Shown here: positions 1-10,091 of the stretch, in pieces
Position numbering within the stretch: the first letter of the stretch is position 1
Layout: the number at the start of each line of letters is the position of its first letter
IMG/VR virus record: IMGVR_UViG_3300037851_000360
Span: 24,001-88,000 of that record
From: a virus
Lineage: Duplodnaviria > Caudoviricetes
Reading direction: 5' to 3' (one strand)
DNA: 64,000 nucleotides
Position numbers and translations under genes: made by a program
Notes under the pieces: generated by a model
What the model was told of the DNA's origin: nothing
The model's input: the letters and a program-made list of their open reading frames with translations, nothing else
Databases searched by the model: none

Positions 1-36
1 TGGCAAACGCCAACAAATGTGAGATATTTTTCGGAG

Positions 37-726
37 TCAAACCTTCTCGATGAAAACTTCGTACATGTCTTTCACCCCATAGCGGAGACCTGACGAACGG
101 GCGTTGTTAAGATAACCATTCCTTTTTTCCTTGTCTTGGTATGCCCGAACGTCTCGCATGTGGTCTTTGGTCGTCTCGTGAAATACTTTACGAAGACACT
201 TTTTATAGGTCTCCATGGAGGTTTTGACCCATGCGCCCTGCCTTGCCAGAACATCGCGCTCGTCAACGATTTCGACAAAGTGGTGCCAGATATCTCCGTC
301 GTACGAAAAGGTTTTGGGCTTGATCTTCTTCATCAGAATCCAACGGGTAGGAACATCCCAGCCATCAACCTCGTCAGACGGCTTCAGGTCAACGCCGATT
401 GACCAATACTTACCCGAATGCTTTTCGCACAATTCTGCATACTCGGGATGATTGCTGTCGATGATATTTCCATCCTTATCCCGAACGTAATTCATTCGGT
501 TGATTTCACCCTCGTTCTTTTTTGGATTGATGAACTCATCACCACCCAATAGAAAGGGTTCCATGAGAGGCCACACAAACGAGTAAATCCCTCGGCGTGC
601 GGGAGGAGCGTGGAAATTGTCTTTGTTCGGATCGTAACCCCGCTGGTTGACCGATGACAATCCACCATACCGCACGAACTTCAGTTTTCGTGCCGAAGAG
701 AAATCAAACTTTCCTTTGTTAGCCAT
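37..726 (-). CDS. hypothetical protein (229 aa), last gene of a leftward late operon
   Basis: Long ORF whose start overlaps the upstream stop; no recognised motif. Confidence 0.7.
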   Translation of the reverse strand: MANKGKFDFSSARKLKFVRYGGLSSVNQRGYDPNKDNFHAPPARRGIYSFVWPLMEPFLLGGDEFINPKKNEGEINRMNYVRDKDGNIIDSNHPEYAELCEKHSGKYWSIGVDLKPSDEVDGWDVPTRWILMKKIKPKTFSYDGDIWHHFVEIVDERDVLARQGAWVKTSMETYKKCLRKVFHETTKDHMRDVRAYQDKEKRNGYLNNARSSGLRYGVKDMYEVFIEKV

Positions 727-1289
727 TAGAAACCAAGGCGCATAACCATCGTGAACCAGATAGGGTCAACAACTTTCTTTCGAAGTTCTGCGGTGTCGGT
801 CATCATTTCAAATTCTGCTTCTGTATCGTAAACGCTGCCGTCTCCTGTCTTCTCTCCCATTTTCAAATCCGTCACATCGACGGCGAAGAGGTGGTAAAGA
901 GTGTCTGTTGACTTCGTTCCTCGGCAAGTTCCAAGAGATTTGAGGTCTTTCGTTTCGCAAATGTATCCCGTCTCTTCCTTCAATTCTTTCACAGCCATCT
1001 CTTCGGGTGATTCTCCCTTATCAACGCCACCGGTCACAGAACTGAATTCTGGCTTGAGACCCCACGAGGGAGTAACCTCCTTGCGCACCCCGTAAGACCA
1101 AGCATCGCGACCTTCACGACGATACGGAAGAACCGCGACGATGTTTCCATCACAGCGATTCTCGTGGGAGTAAACGTATTCTCCGTTCGGGGTATCCATC
1201 TTCATCAATGACAACCACTCCGTTCCTTTGAGAACGGTCGGCTTCTTTTCTTCGTGAAGATGCTTGAGAAGTGAACGGAGTTGAATCAT
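726..1289 (-). CDS. Nudix hydrolase
   Basis: Nudix box GGVDKGESPEEMAVKELKEETGY. Start re-assigned to the ATG at 1289 (TGATG overlap with the upstream stop), giving MIQLRSLLKHLHE. Confidence 0.85.
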   Translation of the reverse strand: MIQLRSLLKHLHEEKKPTVLKGTEWLSLMKMDTPNGEYVYSHENRCDGNIVAVLPYRREGRDAWSYGVRKEVTPSWGLKPEFSSVTGGVDKGESPEEMAVKELKEETGYICETKDLKSLGTCRGTKSTDTLYHLFAVDVTDLKMGEKTGDGSVYDTEAEFEMMTDTAELRKKVVDPIWFTMVMRLGF

Positions 1290-1942
1290 CAGTAAATGAG
1301 AGAGTTGACGAGTTTGTATCGAATGTTGAAGGCTTCCAGCAAAAAGCGAAATTCGGATAGGCACTGATCCTTAGCGCCACCACATAAGTAGCAACCGCTG
1401 AATCGTTTCAGTTCTGAAATGCTAATGTCGGGAACGAACAACGGTTCATCTTCGACTATTCTTAACAAATCGTCAAGCTCAAAATCTTTTGCACCAACAT
1501 CTGTGAAAATCTTCTCCCACTCCTTTGTGGTAATTTCTCGACTATCACGTATGTCGTTCATCACCATATATCTAATGGCTTTTATGATGAATTTTCTCTC
1601 CATACCCGCATCCATCCACCCTCTGAAGAAAGCGTATGTCTTTGGTCTGAAGTCGATTGAGTTCAACCGATCATCCTCAATACCGTTCTCCAAGTAGTAA
1701 TCCACTACCTCGTGTTCAACGTTTCCACCAACCTCGGGATCGTTAAAGAAACAGAGAACCGGTCCGTGGCTCTTGTTAAGAAAATTCGTCAGTGCTGGCA
1801 TAATCTTTCCACACCACTTGTCATAAGCCGGTTGAACGTCGATGACGATGATGGGTGTGTTTCCACCTTCCATGATCAACTGCGCACTTGTTTTCTCAGG
1901 GCGAGTCAATACCTCATTGAAAATCTGACGGTATTCATTCAT
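1289..1942 (-). CDS. isochorismatase/nicotinamidase-like cysteine hydrolase
   Basis: IIVIDVQP (catalytic Asp strand) and LCGGAKDQCL (catalytic Cys region). Confidence 0.65.
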   Translation of the reverse strand: MNEYRQIFNEVLTRPEKTSAQLIMEGGNTPIIVIDVQPAYDKWCGKIMPALTNFLNKSHGPVLCFFNDPEVGGNVEHEVVDYYLENGIEDDRLNSIDFRPKTYAFFRGWMDAGMERKFIIKAIRYMVMNDIRDSREITTKEWEKIFTDVGAKDFELDDLLRIVEDEPLFVPDISISELKRFSGCYLCGGAKDQCLSEFRFLLEAFNIRYKLVNSLIY

Positions 1943-2163
1943 TAGCCACCACCTCGGAAGAACAACGACGTTGCCATTTTTCTATATTCAGATGCAGGAA
2001 GGTCATGACCGGGATCATCTGGATTCACTTTCTTTGCCTCGGGAGAATTTTCATCCGGTGGAAGGGTCGTATCTCGTGAAGATACATTTCCGTCCACCTG
2101 TGGCAAGACCAATGGTCGCGAGGTGGAAAGCAACTCCTTCAACTTGGGACATCTCTTTTTCAT
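1942..2163 (-). CDS. hypothetical protein (73 aa)
   Basis: ORF directly downstream of a TATTTAT motif and coupled to the next gene. Confidence 0.6.
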   Translation of the reverse strand: MKKRCPKLKELLSTSRPLVLPQVDGNVSSRDTTLPPDENSPEAKKVNPDDPGHDLPASEYRKMATSLFFRGGG

Positions 2164-2167
2164 ATCA

Positions 2168-2174
2168 ATAAATA
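2168..2174 (-). promoter_or_regulatory. putative late promoter motif (TATTTAT)
   Basis: Oriented toward the ATG at 2163; back-to-back with the motif at 2196. Confidence 0.55.
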
Positions 2175-2195
2175 ACGGATAACCGGCGGTTTTTG

Positions 2196-2204
2196 ATATT
2201 TATA
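2196..2204 (+). promoter_or_regulatory. putative late promoter motif ATATTTATA
   Basis: 4 nt upstream of the ATG at 2209; the motif recurs before many structural genes. Confidence 0.6.
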
Positions 2205-2208
2205 GTCG

Positions 2209-3405
2209 ATGTCTGACATTATCTACGTACCAGGTCCTAACAATGAGATGATCCCACTCACGCAGTCGTTTGGGCCACAATATCCCATCCTGTCCGATAC
2301 TGCGTCATATGCTCTTACCGCAAGTTACTTTGTGGGGTTCATTGAAAGTGCAAGTTATGCCAAGTATGCGGAGACGGCGAGTTACCTGTTGGGATTTGTA
2401 GAATCTGCATCGTATGCCGAGCACTCGAAAACATCAGATTCGGCTTCATATTCCGACACCGCTGGGTTTGCTGATTTGGCTGATTCTGCCAGTTACTCCC
2501 TTACCGCGGACTATGCAAAGAATGCTTTGAGTGCAAGTTGGGCACCGATGCCTTCTGCATCGCTAACCTCAAGTTATAGTCTATTTTCCGAAACTGCCAG
2601 TTATCTTCTCGGAACCATCGCATCAGCGTCGTATGCCCAAAACGCAGCAACCGCCAGTTACTTCACAGGCAGCGTCAGCAACGCAATTCTCGCAATCAGT
2701 TCGTCATACGCGGTCTCAGCATCACACGCATCGGAATCCGACTACGCAGATTCAGCGTCGATTGCTGACACAGCATCATTTGCATACCAAGCCGCAACGG
2801 CGTCACTCGCCACCACTGCATCATATTCGATTATTGCTGGCTTGGCAATTACATCAAGTTTCTCAACAACCGCTGCGAGCGCAAGTTTCAGTGAAAATTC
2901 AAACACTGCCAGTTACGCTCTCTATGCAGAGGATGCTGGAATTGCAATCCTCGCCGAGACCGCTTCTCTTGCAAACACCGCAAGTTATGCGCTCACATCG
3001 TCGTATGCTGGTTCATCCATTACGAGCAGTTATGTTAGCGGGTCAACCGCAGAAGTTAAAAACCTTTACATCGTCGATAAGAATGGCTCGTTTGTTGGTC
3101 AAATTGCCACCACCTATGTAACCGGCATCAACTTCGCAACACAAGTAGATTCGTTCCCCGACACCGAAGGAAGCACCGCCCGATGGTTGGTGTCAGTCAT
3201 CTCTCAAAGCGTTGCCCGTTCCTTCGACGTTTTTGCCGCTTGGAACGCTGTAAACAACCAAGTCACTTTTTGGGAAACCACCACAAATGCTGTGGGAACG
3301 GTGCCCGTCACCATGAGTGCGTATATATCATCCAACAACCTTGTTCTCCTTTGCACACCAACCTTGGGAACATGGGATGTCAAAACAATGCGATTTTTGT
3401 TATAA
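2209..3405 (+). CDS. ASY-repeat virion fibre/structural protein
   Basis: Dense (T/S)ASY repeats; C-terminal ~95-aa beta domain (ARWLV...GTWDVK) paralogous to the C-terminus of 3461..5407. Confidence 0.7.
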   Translation: MSDIIYVPGPNNEMIPLTQSFGPQYPILSDTASYALTASYFVGFIESASYAKYAETASYLLGFVESASYAEHSKTSDSASYSDTAGFADLADSASYSLTADYAKNALSASWAPMPSASLTSSYSLFSETASYLLGTIASASYAQNAATASYFTGSVSNAILAISSSYAVSASHASESDYADSASIADTASFAYQAATASLATTASYSIIAGLAITSSFSTTAASASFSENSNTASYALYAEDAGIAILAETASLANTASYALTSSYAGSSITSSYVSGSTAEVKNLYIVDKNGSFVGQIATTYVTGINFATQVDSFPDTEGSTARWLVSVISQSVARSFDVFAAWNAVNNQVTFWETTTNAVGTVPVTMSAYISSNNLVLLCTPTLGTWDVKTMRFLL

Positions 3406-3421
3406 TTCACTCATCCCTCCG

Positions 3422-3430
3422 ATATTTATA
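3422..3430 (+). promoter_or_regulatory. putative late promoter motif ATATTTATA
   Basis: Intergenic, upstream of 3461. Confidence 0.6.
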
Positions 3431-3460
3431 GAACAACACCTGTCAACGGAATAACTCACT

Positions 3461-5407
3461 ATGTCTAACGAATTCATTGTAAAGAATGGTCTAATCGTAA
3501 AAGGTAACTTGGATGTTACCAACGGCGGAATCATTACGACCGGACCAGCGGTAAACCAACTCACCGCTTCATACGCAATCACAGCATCGTACGCAGCGAA
3601 CGTTCCAGCAACCGCATCGTATGCAGTATCCGCTTCACATGCCGACGAGAGTGACTTCGCTGACACCGCTTCTTATGTGGAGAACGCTCAGACCGCATCC
3701 TACGTTCTCAATGCCGTTTCGGCTTCACATGCAGCATACGCCGTCACCGCATCGTTTGCTCTCAATTTCAATCCGACCGCGACCGCTTCGTATGCATTGA
3801 TCGCACAGACTGCATCCTACGTCGAAACTTCGCAAACGGCATCATATGTAGAGAATGCACAGACTGCTTCTTACGTTGAGACAGCACAAACCGCTTCATA
3901 TGCACTAAACGCCGTCTCAGCATCTTACGCAACAAGTGCTTCCCATGCAGAATACGCTGATGATGCATTATCATCGTCGTATGCACAAACAGCAACTCTC
4001 GCCGACACCGCTTCTTATGTAGAAACGGCACAGACCGCCTCGTATGTTCTGAGCGCAGTTTCCGCTTCTTACGCAGTGAGTGCATCCCACTCTGAATTTG
4101 CCGATGATGCTCTCTCTTCATCGTATGCTCAAAACGCATCGACTGCCAACACGGCATCATATGTTGAAACGGCACAGACAGCATCATATGTGTTGAATGC
4201 AGTTTCTTCATCCTACTCGGTAAGTTCTTCACACGCAGAATACGCAGACGATGCATTCTCAGCATCCTATGCTCAAGCGGCTACAAATGCCGATACTGCT
4301 TCCTACGTCGCCTTGGCACAAACTGCATCGTATGTAGAAAACGCTCAAACTGCCTCTTACGTTCTCAATGCGGTTTCTTCTTCGTATGCAGTCAGCGCAT
4401 CGCACTCTGAATATGCAGACGATGCTTTCTCCGCTTCGTATGCACAGACAGCAACTTTGGCAAACACCGCAAGTTATGTAGAGAATGCACAGACGGCTTC
4501 GTACGTCGAAAATGCACAGACCGCATCCTACGTTTTGAACGCAGTTTCCGCTTCGTTTGCACAACAAGCATCGACTGCATCTTACGTTGAAAATGCTCAG
4601 ACCGCCTCGTATGTTGAAACTGCTCAAACTGCATCCTACATCGTGTGGGATAATGTCGCCAACAAGCCAGCCGACATTGTGTCTTCTTCGGCACAACTCG
4701 AAAATGGTGGTGGTGTAGCATTTGATTCGACCAGCAACCTAACGGTAGGTCAATTGACTGCTTCCTCAATCACGGTCGAAAACCTACACGTTCAGACAAT
4801 CACCTCATCTGTGATTTACTCTTCCGGCTCAAACGTATTTGGAAATTCTCTTTCCAATACCCACATATTCACCGGATCGGTAATCGTGACCGGATCGTTG
4901 ACAGTTTACGGTCCAATCACCGGAACAATCACAACGGCTTCTTACGCACTATATGCTGTCACCGCTTCACATGCTCTAACGGCAGTTACCGCTTCGTTTG
5001 CATTGACTTCATCTCTCGCGATCCGCTCGATTTCTTCGAGTTATGTTTCCGGAGGAGTTGATGCGTCATCCCTCACACTAAATAATGACGGTGTGTGGGC
5101 ACGTTGGTTCAATGCCGAAGCAAATGGAATCACCACAACAACTCCGGTTGACACCTTCGCATCATCGCTTGGGTATTCCGCACGTTGGTTGGTAGCAATC
5201 AAAGACGGAGCAAACTTCAGAACAAGTGAAGTGGTCGCCGTCTGGTCAGGTTCATCTGCAACATTCTACGAGGTATCTACAACGGCTATCGGAAATACCG
5301 ATCCGGTAACTATGAGTGTAGACATTGCGGGCGGAAACACCGTTCGACTCCTCGCCGATCCAACCTCGGGAACATGGGACGTTCGTACTACAAGAGTGGT
5401 CATCTAA
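3461..5407 (+). CDS. ASY-repeat virion fibre protein (648 aa)
   Basis: N-terminus MSNEFIVKNGL shared with 5461; TASYVENAQ 9-mers; C-terminal domain shared with 2209. Confidence 0.75.
   Translation: MSNEFIVKNGLIVKGNLDVTNGGIITTGPAVNQLTASYAITASYAANVPATASYAVSASHADESDFADTASYVENAQTASYVLNAVSASHAAYAVTASFALNFNPTATASYALIAQTASYVETSQTASYVENAQTASYVETAQTASYALNAVSASYATSASHAEYADDALSSSYAQTATLADTASYVETAQTASYVLSAVSASYAVSASHSEFADDALSSSYAQNASTANTASYVETAQTASYVLNAVSSSYSVSSSHAEYADDAFSASYAQAATNADTASYVALAQTASYVENAQTASYVLNAVSSSYAVSASHSEYADDAFSASYAQTATLANTASYVENAQTASYVENAQTASYVLNAVSASFAQQASTASYVENAQTASYVETAQTASYIVWDNVANKPADIVSSSAQLENGGGVAFDSTSNLTVGQLTASSITVENLHVQTITSSVIYSSGSNVFGNSLSNTHIFTGSVIVTGSLTVYGPITGTITTASYALYAVTASHALTAVTASFALTSSLAIRSISSSYVSGGVDASSLTLNNDGVWARWFNAEANGITTTTPVDTFASSLGYSARWLVAIKDGANFRTSEVVAVWSGSSATFYEVSTTAIGNTDPVTMSVDIAGGNTVRLLADPTSGTWDVRTTRVVI
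3863..4465 (+). repeat. four tandem 48-aa coding repeats (144 nt; the last has an extra 9-mer)
   Basis: Units TASYVETAQ-TASYxLNAV-SxSYAVSAS-HxEYADDAx-SxSYAQxAT-xAx start at 3863, 4007, 4151 and 4295. Confidence 0.8.
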
Positions 5408-5460
5408 TAAAATAGACCGACCGCCCTTGTTGCTCCGAGGAAACGTGAATCGAGTAACAA

Positions 5461-7422
5461 ATGGCTAACGAATTCGTAGTACGTAACGGCATAGTTGCTA
5501 AAGGAACGAGTAGTTTCGACACCGATGTAAAGGTGTCCGGAAGCATCATTGCGCCAAATGGCATACACCCACTCACAGCATCGTGGGCGGTACACGCCAT
5601 AACAGCATCGTATGTCAATCCCGCACTACTGTCAGCGGGATCGTCGGCGTCGATTCCAAATACACTGGCTTTGCGCGATATATACGCAGGAACCGCGTTT
5701 GCTCATATTCTTTTCGATACGACAGGATCAAACATTCCAGTTCACACAACCGGTCTGGTTGATTGGAATCTGTTTGAAGGAACACTTGATATTCACACGG
5801 ATGTAACTGATGTTACGATTCAAGCCGGTCAGGAACTTGTCATCAAGGTCAGAAATAATACCGGAGCACCTATACCAAATGGAGGAGTTGTTTACATTTC
5901 CGGATCGCTGGGAAATAGACCTTTGGCGTGGTTGGCTCAAGCAAACAACTTCGACGCAGCGAATAGTATCATCGGTCTTGCCACGAACACGATGGCCGAC
6001 AATACAGACGGGTACGTAACCGTTGCCGGAAAGGTTCATGACTTAGACACATCGATGTACGCAGGCGGACAAGTTCTTTATCTGTCTACAACTATTCCGG
6101 GCGGATATTCAACTACAGAACCGACCGGCTCCAATGTTCCGGTAATTCTCGGAAAAGTTGTTCGTTCTCACGTGACTCTTGGAAGCGTCCTCGTCAACGT
6201 TCGACAGAACTTCATGGATGGAAATCATTTCGCAGCAGTCGAAGCATTGGTGAACGGAGTCGTTACCGCAAGTTTGTATGGAACTGCATCGTGGGCACTG
6301 AATTCTCTAACGGCATCGTATCTTCTCGGGTCGATTGAATCTGCATCGTATGCTGCAACGGCGTCGTATGTTGCTACCGCCTCTTGGGCGTTGAATGCAG
6401 TTTCATCGTCATACGCAGTTTCTTCATCTTACGCAGTCACCTCTTCTTTCGCCGTTTCCGCTTCGATTGCACAGACGGTAATCAATGGCGTGTCGATGAC
6501 AGGTAAGTATCGTTTCTCCGACAGCACAACGATGGTTGACCCGACAATAGGAAAGTTGAGATACGATTCGGCAACCTTATCGTCGGTTCAAAACGTTGCC
6601 ATTTCATCTACGACTTGGGAAAGTACAAACGCTTACAACTATCTTCGCTCTCTTGATGTAGGCGATCAAATCTACATCCAAACACAACTACAGCCGGGTG
6701 AATGGTTCCGTGGAAGAATCAGAGCGACACCCGTCGATAATACCTCGTGGTTCCTACTACCGGTTGAATATATCACAGGAAGCGTCGCTCTTCCATCCAA
6801 TAACGAGGACCTTGTTGTTACCATCGTTTTGGGATTGAACACCTCCGAATTTCGCACCGGTTCATTTACTGGATCATTTACTGGCGCGTTCACCGGAAAC
6901 CTGACAGGAACAGCATCGTGGGCAACAACTGCACAAACGGCAAGTTATGTTGCACAAACTTCGATTGTTCAATCGGGATATGCACTGGCTGCACACACAT
7001 CAAGTGTGAATCTTGTTTCGACGAATACATGGGAAAACATACCATTCAGCACCAATCTCATTACACCCAATGGATTCACACACCCATCGGCGCTTGGTGG
7101 ATTTACATCGAGTGTTTCTGGTATCTATCGAGTTCGGTTTGATGCAACCGCTTATAAAAATGTCGGCGGCACAAACAACTTTGGATTTCGACTTCTCAAC
7201 GATGAGCAAGAAGTGTCCGGGAGTTACACGTACTTGACCATGATTTCAAGTAATACCTACACTCCTGTCTCAACCGAGGTGTATGTACCACTGGTATCTG
7301 GCTCAAGAATATCAGCACAAATGATATCAGACACAAACCAAGGTGGTATTTATACACAAGGAACCATTGGTTCTCCAACACCTTTCGTATATTCAGGCAA
7401 ACTAACAATCAGTCGCATCTAA
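5461..7422 (+). CDS. fibre/adhesin-like structural protein with C1q/BclA-like C-terminal domain
   Basis: MANEFVVRNG start, ASY and TGSF repeats, C-terminal WENIPF...SGIYRVRF...EVYVPLVSGSRISAQM jelly-roll-like pattern. Confidence 0.6.
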   Translation: MANEFVVRNGIVAKGTSSFDTDVKVSGSIIAPNGIHPLTASWAVHAITASYVNPALLSAGSSASIPNTLALRDIYAGTAFAHILFDTTGSNIPVHTTGLVDWNLFEGTLDIHTDVTDVTIQAGQELVIKVRNNTGAPIPNGGVVYISGSLGNRPLAWLAQANNFDAANSIIGLATNTMADNTDGYVTVAGKVHDLDTSMYAGGQVLYLSTTIPGGYSTTEPTGSNVPVILGKVVRSHVTLGSVLVNVRQNFMDGNHFAAVEALVNGVVTASLYGTASWALNSLTASYLLGSIESASYAATASYVATASWALNAVSSSYAVSSSYAVTSSFAVSASIAQTVINGVSMTGKYRFSDSTTMVDPTIGKLRYDSATLSSVQNVAISSTTWESTNAYNYLRSLDVGDQIYIQTQLQPGEWFRGRIRATPVDNTSWFLLPVEYITGSVALPSNNEDLVVTIVLGLNTSEFRTGSFTGSFTGAFTGNLTGTASWATTAQTASYVAQTSIVQSGYALAAHTSSVNLVSTNTWENIPFSTNLITPNGFTHPSALGGFTSSVSGIYRVRFDATAYKNVGGTNNFGFRLLNDEQEVSGSYTYLTMISSNTYTPVSTEVYVPLVSGSRISAQMISDTNQGGIYTQGTIGSPTPFVYSGKLTISRI

Positions 7423-7423
7423 C

Positions 7424-8848
7424 ATGGCAGTTCCCGTAATCCAAGTTCACCCCGTCAACGGACCAGATATCGTTCTGATGAGTCCTGACCTTTCTCTAAC
7501 GAGAAGTTTGGGATTGTCAAACGATAACATCCTGACGTTGGACGATGTTCCGATTACTACCGCAAGTTATGCTTTGTATGCAGAAACGGCATCATATTCA
7601 ATCAGTGCTTCACATGCAATATTTGCCGACACCTCCTCAAACTCCAACTTCGCGTCTACTTCATCCTTCGTTGAATTTTCCAACGTAGCAAACAAACCAA
7701 CGCTGGTCAGTTCATCGGCGCAAATAAACACAGGGTCATTCACAGGATCGTTTTTTGGAACGTTTGTTGGCACCGCATCGTGGGCAAACAATTCACGCAC
7801 GGCATCATACGTTACGTTCGACAATGTTGCCAACAAACCGGCACTTGTATCTTCGTCGTTCCAAGTTTTATCCGGGTCGGGTGTTTACTCATCGTCAGCG
7901 CAGATCACTTTTCCAGCAACCACATCATACGCAATCTTTGCGGAAACATCTTCGAGAGCGACTCTTGCAAACAGTGCGTCTTATGTTGAATTTGCAAACA
8001 TAGCAAATAAACCAACCCTTGTATCATCATCGGCACAAATAAACACCGGTTCATTCACAGGATCATTTACCGGAGTGCTCGTAGGTACATCCTCGTGGGC
8101 AATTCAGGCAGTAACAGCGTCACATGCGCTGACAGCACTGACTGCTTCTTTTGTTGCTACATCCTCGTGGTCGATACGCTCAATATCATCTTCATATGCG
8201 GATACCGCATCATTCGTTTCAACTGCCTCATGGGCAAGAAATGCAATCACGGCATCGTATTTTTCCGGATCGATCACGAATGCCATTTCATCTTCGTATG
8301 CACTTTCGGCGTCATATGCTGTAACCGCATCGTTCGCCGTTACGGCATCGTACACCGCAACTGCGTCTTATGTAAATCCAAGAACTATAGGCGATCACGG
8401 ATCATCTTTCGTTATTCGAACGGGGTCACTCACGGTAACGACGGCAAACACATGGCAATCTGTTCCGTACGAGCACAACGTTTTCACCGACTCCGTTGAT
8501 TGGACCTATTCATCCGGTGGTACTGTGCTCACATGCTCGACTGCTGGTGCATACAACATTGACGCTGTTATGTATCTTCAAAAAACCGGCGGTACCGCTG
8601 CTGTCGGGGCGATGAGAATACTAAAGAATTCTTCGGAAATTTCCGGAAGTTATGGCGCATACACTTTCGCATCAAACAACACCGCAATTCCGATTCTTGT
8701 GCACGTTCGAGAAACATTCGCGGCAAACGACACACTCACGATCCAACTTACCGGAACATCGACGACAATTCAAGCAGCGCCTCCTCCGACAGCCGGTACT
8801 CCGGTGACCCGACCAACATCAACTCTACGTGTTCACCCATCAGCCTAA
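7424..8848 (+). CDS. ASY-repeat fibre protein with C1q/BclA-like tip
   Basis: Three FxNVANKPxLVSSS repeats, TGSFTG motifs, C-terminal WQSVPY...AGAYNIDA...ANDTLTIQL. Confidence 0.6.
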   Translation: MAVPVIQVHPVNGPDIVLMSPDLSLTRSLGLSNDNILTLDDVPITTASYALYAETASYSISASHAIFADTSSNSNFASTSSFVEFSNVANKPTLVSSSAQINTGSFTGSFFGTFVGTASWANNSRTASYVTFDNVANKPALVSSSFQVLSGSGVYSSSAQITFPATTSYAIFAETSSRATLANSASYVEFANIANKPTLVSSSAQINTGSFTGSFTGVLVGTSSWAIQAVTASHALTALTASFVATSSWSIRSISSSYADTASFVSTASWARNAITASYFSGSITNAISSSYALSASYAVTASFAVTASYTATASYVNPRTIGDHGSSFVIRTGSLTVTTANTWQSVPYEHNVFTDSVDWTYSSGGTVLTCSTAGAYNIDAVMYLQKTGGTAAVGAMRILKNSSEISGSYGAYTFASNNTAIPILVHVRETFAANDTLTIQLTGTSTTIQAAPPPTAGTPVTRPTSTLRVHPSA

Positions 8849-8851
8849 TTT

Positions 8852-9655
8852 ATGACAAATCTTCCAGAGTTTATTTTTGATTCGGTTAATGGTCCGATAA
8901 TCAGCCTCCACGATAGCAATGGAAAGCGCCGAGTATTGACCGTTAACGAAAACGGTCGTCTACACATCAAAGACCCCGAGTTCAATGAAACGAGGGATGT
9001 GATGGAAGTAGATTCACAGTACAATGTTTTCCTGAGAGACCACTGGTTCGGAAGCGACTACAGCGGCATCTTGGGATGGCAGAGAAGTATCGCGGGCAAT
9101 TCAGCAACCGCCGAAAAAATCGAAGGTGAAGTTGGTGCTCCGGGAATTATTCGCCTTTCTGCTGGAAAATCGTCTACTGGTCGCTGTGCTCTATCTCTCG
9201 GAACCAAAGACGTAGTGCTTGACACGGCAGAAATCACATACGAGTTCAAGATTCGCCTACACCAAGCATCGACAAATGGCTTGGATTACCGAGTTTCCGT
9301 TGGATTTGGTGATGTGACAGGAAATGGTGAATTTGCAAATGGCGTGTGGTTCGAACACTCGGCGATCAACCGAGGCTATTGGATCGCCAGAACCGCAAAG
9401 AACAATATCCGAACGACAATAGTCACCACCGATCCGGTTAGCCCCGGAAATTGGCATGTTCTGAAAATGATTATCACCGATGCCGCTGTGCAATACTTCT
9501 GCGGTCATACGCTTCTTTGCACCATCGACAGAAACATTCCGACCGGGCAAGCGTTCTCACCGATCATCAAAATAGAAGGAATCAGCGGCGCGGCGGATAG
9601 ATATTTCGACTTAGATTTCATCTCAATCAACTTGGAGTGGCCGACAAATGAATAA
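8852..9655 (+). CDS. putative tail/fibre protein, lectin-like beta-sandwich
   Basis: Beta-rich and Trp/Gly-rich; operon-coupled to fibre genes. Confidence 0.45.
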   Translation: MTNLPEFIFDSVNGPIISLHDSNGKRRVLTVNENGRLHIKDPEFNETRDVMEVDSQYNVFLRDHWFGSDYSGILGWQRSIAGNSATAEKIEGEVGAPGIIRLSAGKSSTGRCALSLGTKDVVLDTAEITYEFKIRLHQASTNGLDYRVSVGFGDVTGNGEFANGVWFEHSAINRGYWIARTAKNNIRTTIVTTDPVSPGNWHVLKMIITDAAVQYFCGHTLLCTIDRNIPTGQAFSPIIKIEGISGAADRYFDLDFISINLEWPTNE

Positions 9656-10049
9656 ATACAAAATTGACATCATCTCCGGAAGTATTGAGTTCGCCACCGA
9701 GCCCGAAGCAATTGAGTATGCCGTTGCACAAAGCATCGACACCGGCTCCATTTATTCCGTGACGGAATCTGTCGTGGTAGATAAAGAAGCAGAATTTGAA
9801 GCGTTGGTCGCTGCTGGTTTTCCAATCGGAACCTCATCACTCGCACTCACAGACGTTGACCGTGCCACATTTTCATCGATGCTTGCATTGGTCAACGAAG
9901 GATTGATGCTCGGTCAAATGACAACCGAATCGATGGTCACGATCAAGAGTCAGGAAGGCGATATCATTCCACTTACGGCTCTTCAGTTCAAGATCACGAT
10001 GCTCCAATACGGTTTTTATTACAAGACCATCTGGGACGCAAAACAGTAA
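9648..10049 (+). CDS. putative fibre assembly chaperone (DUF4376-like)
   Basis: Small acidic protein after fibre genes; C-terminal D...IPLTALQF...YG...IWDAK pattern. Confidence 0.4.
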   Translation: MNKYKIDIISGSIEFATEPEAIEYAVAQSIDTGSIYSVTESVVVDKEAEFEALVAAGFPIGTSSLALTDVDRATFSSMLALVNEGLMLGQMTTESMVTIKSQEGDIIPLTALQFKITMLQYGFYYKTIWDAKQ

Positions 10050-10091
10050 TTTTGAGTTGACTTATTTTGAGGGATTCACGAGTATGGATTC

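Noticed and set aside
1290-1364. N-terminal extensions given in the ORF track (also 43308, 51201, 51252, 53972, 55607, 57634)
   Set aside because: They overlap neighbouring genes or promoters; downstream ATGs fit stop/start coupling or promoter positions better
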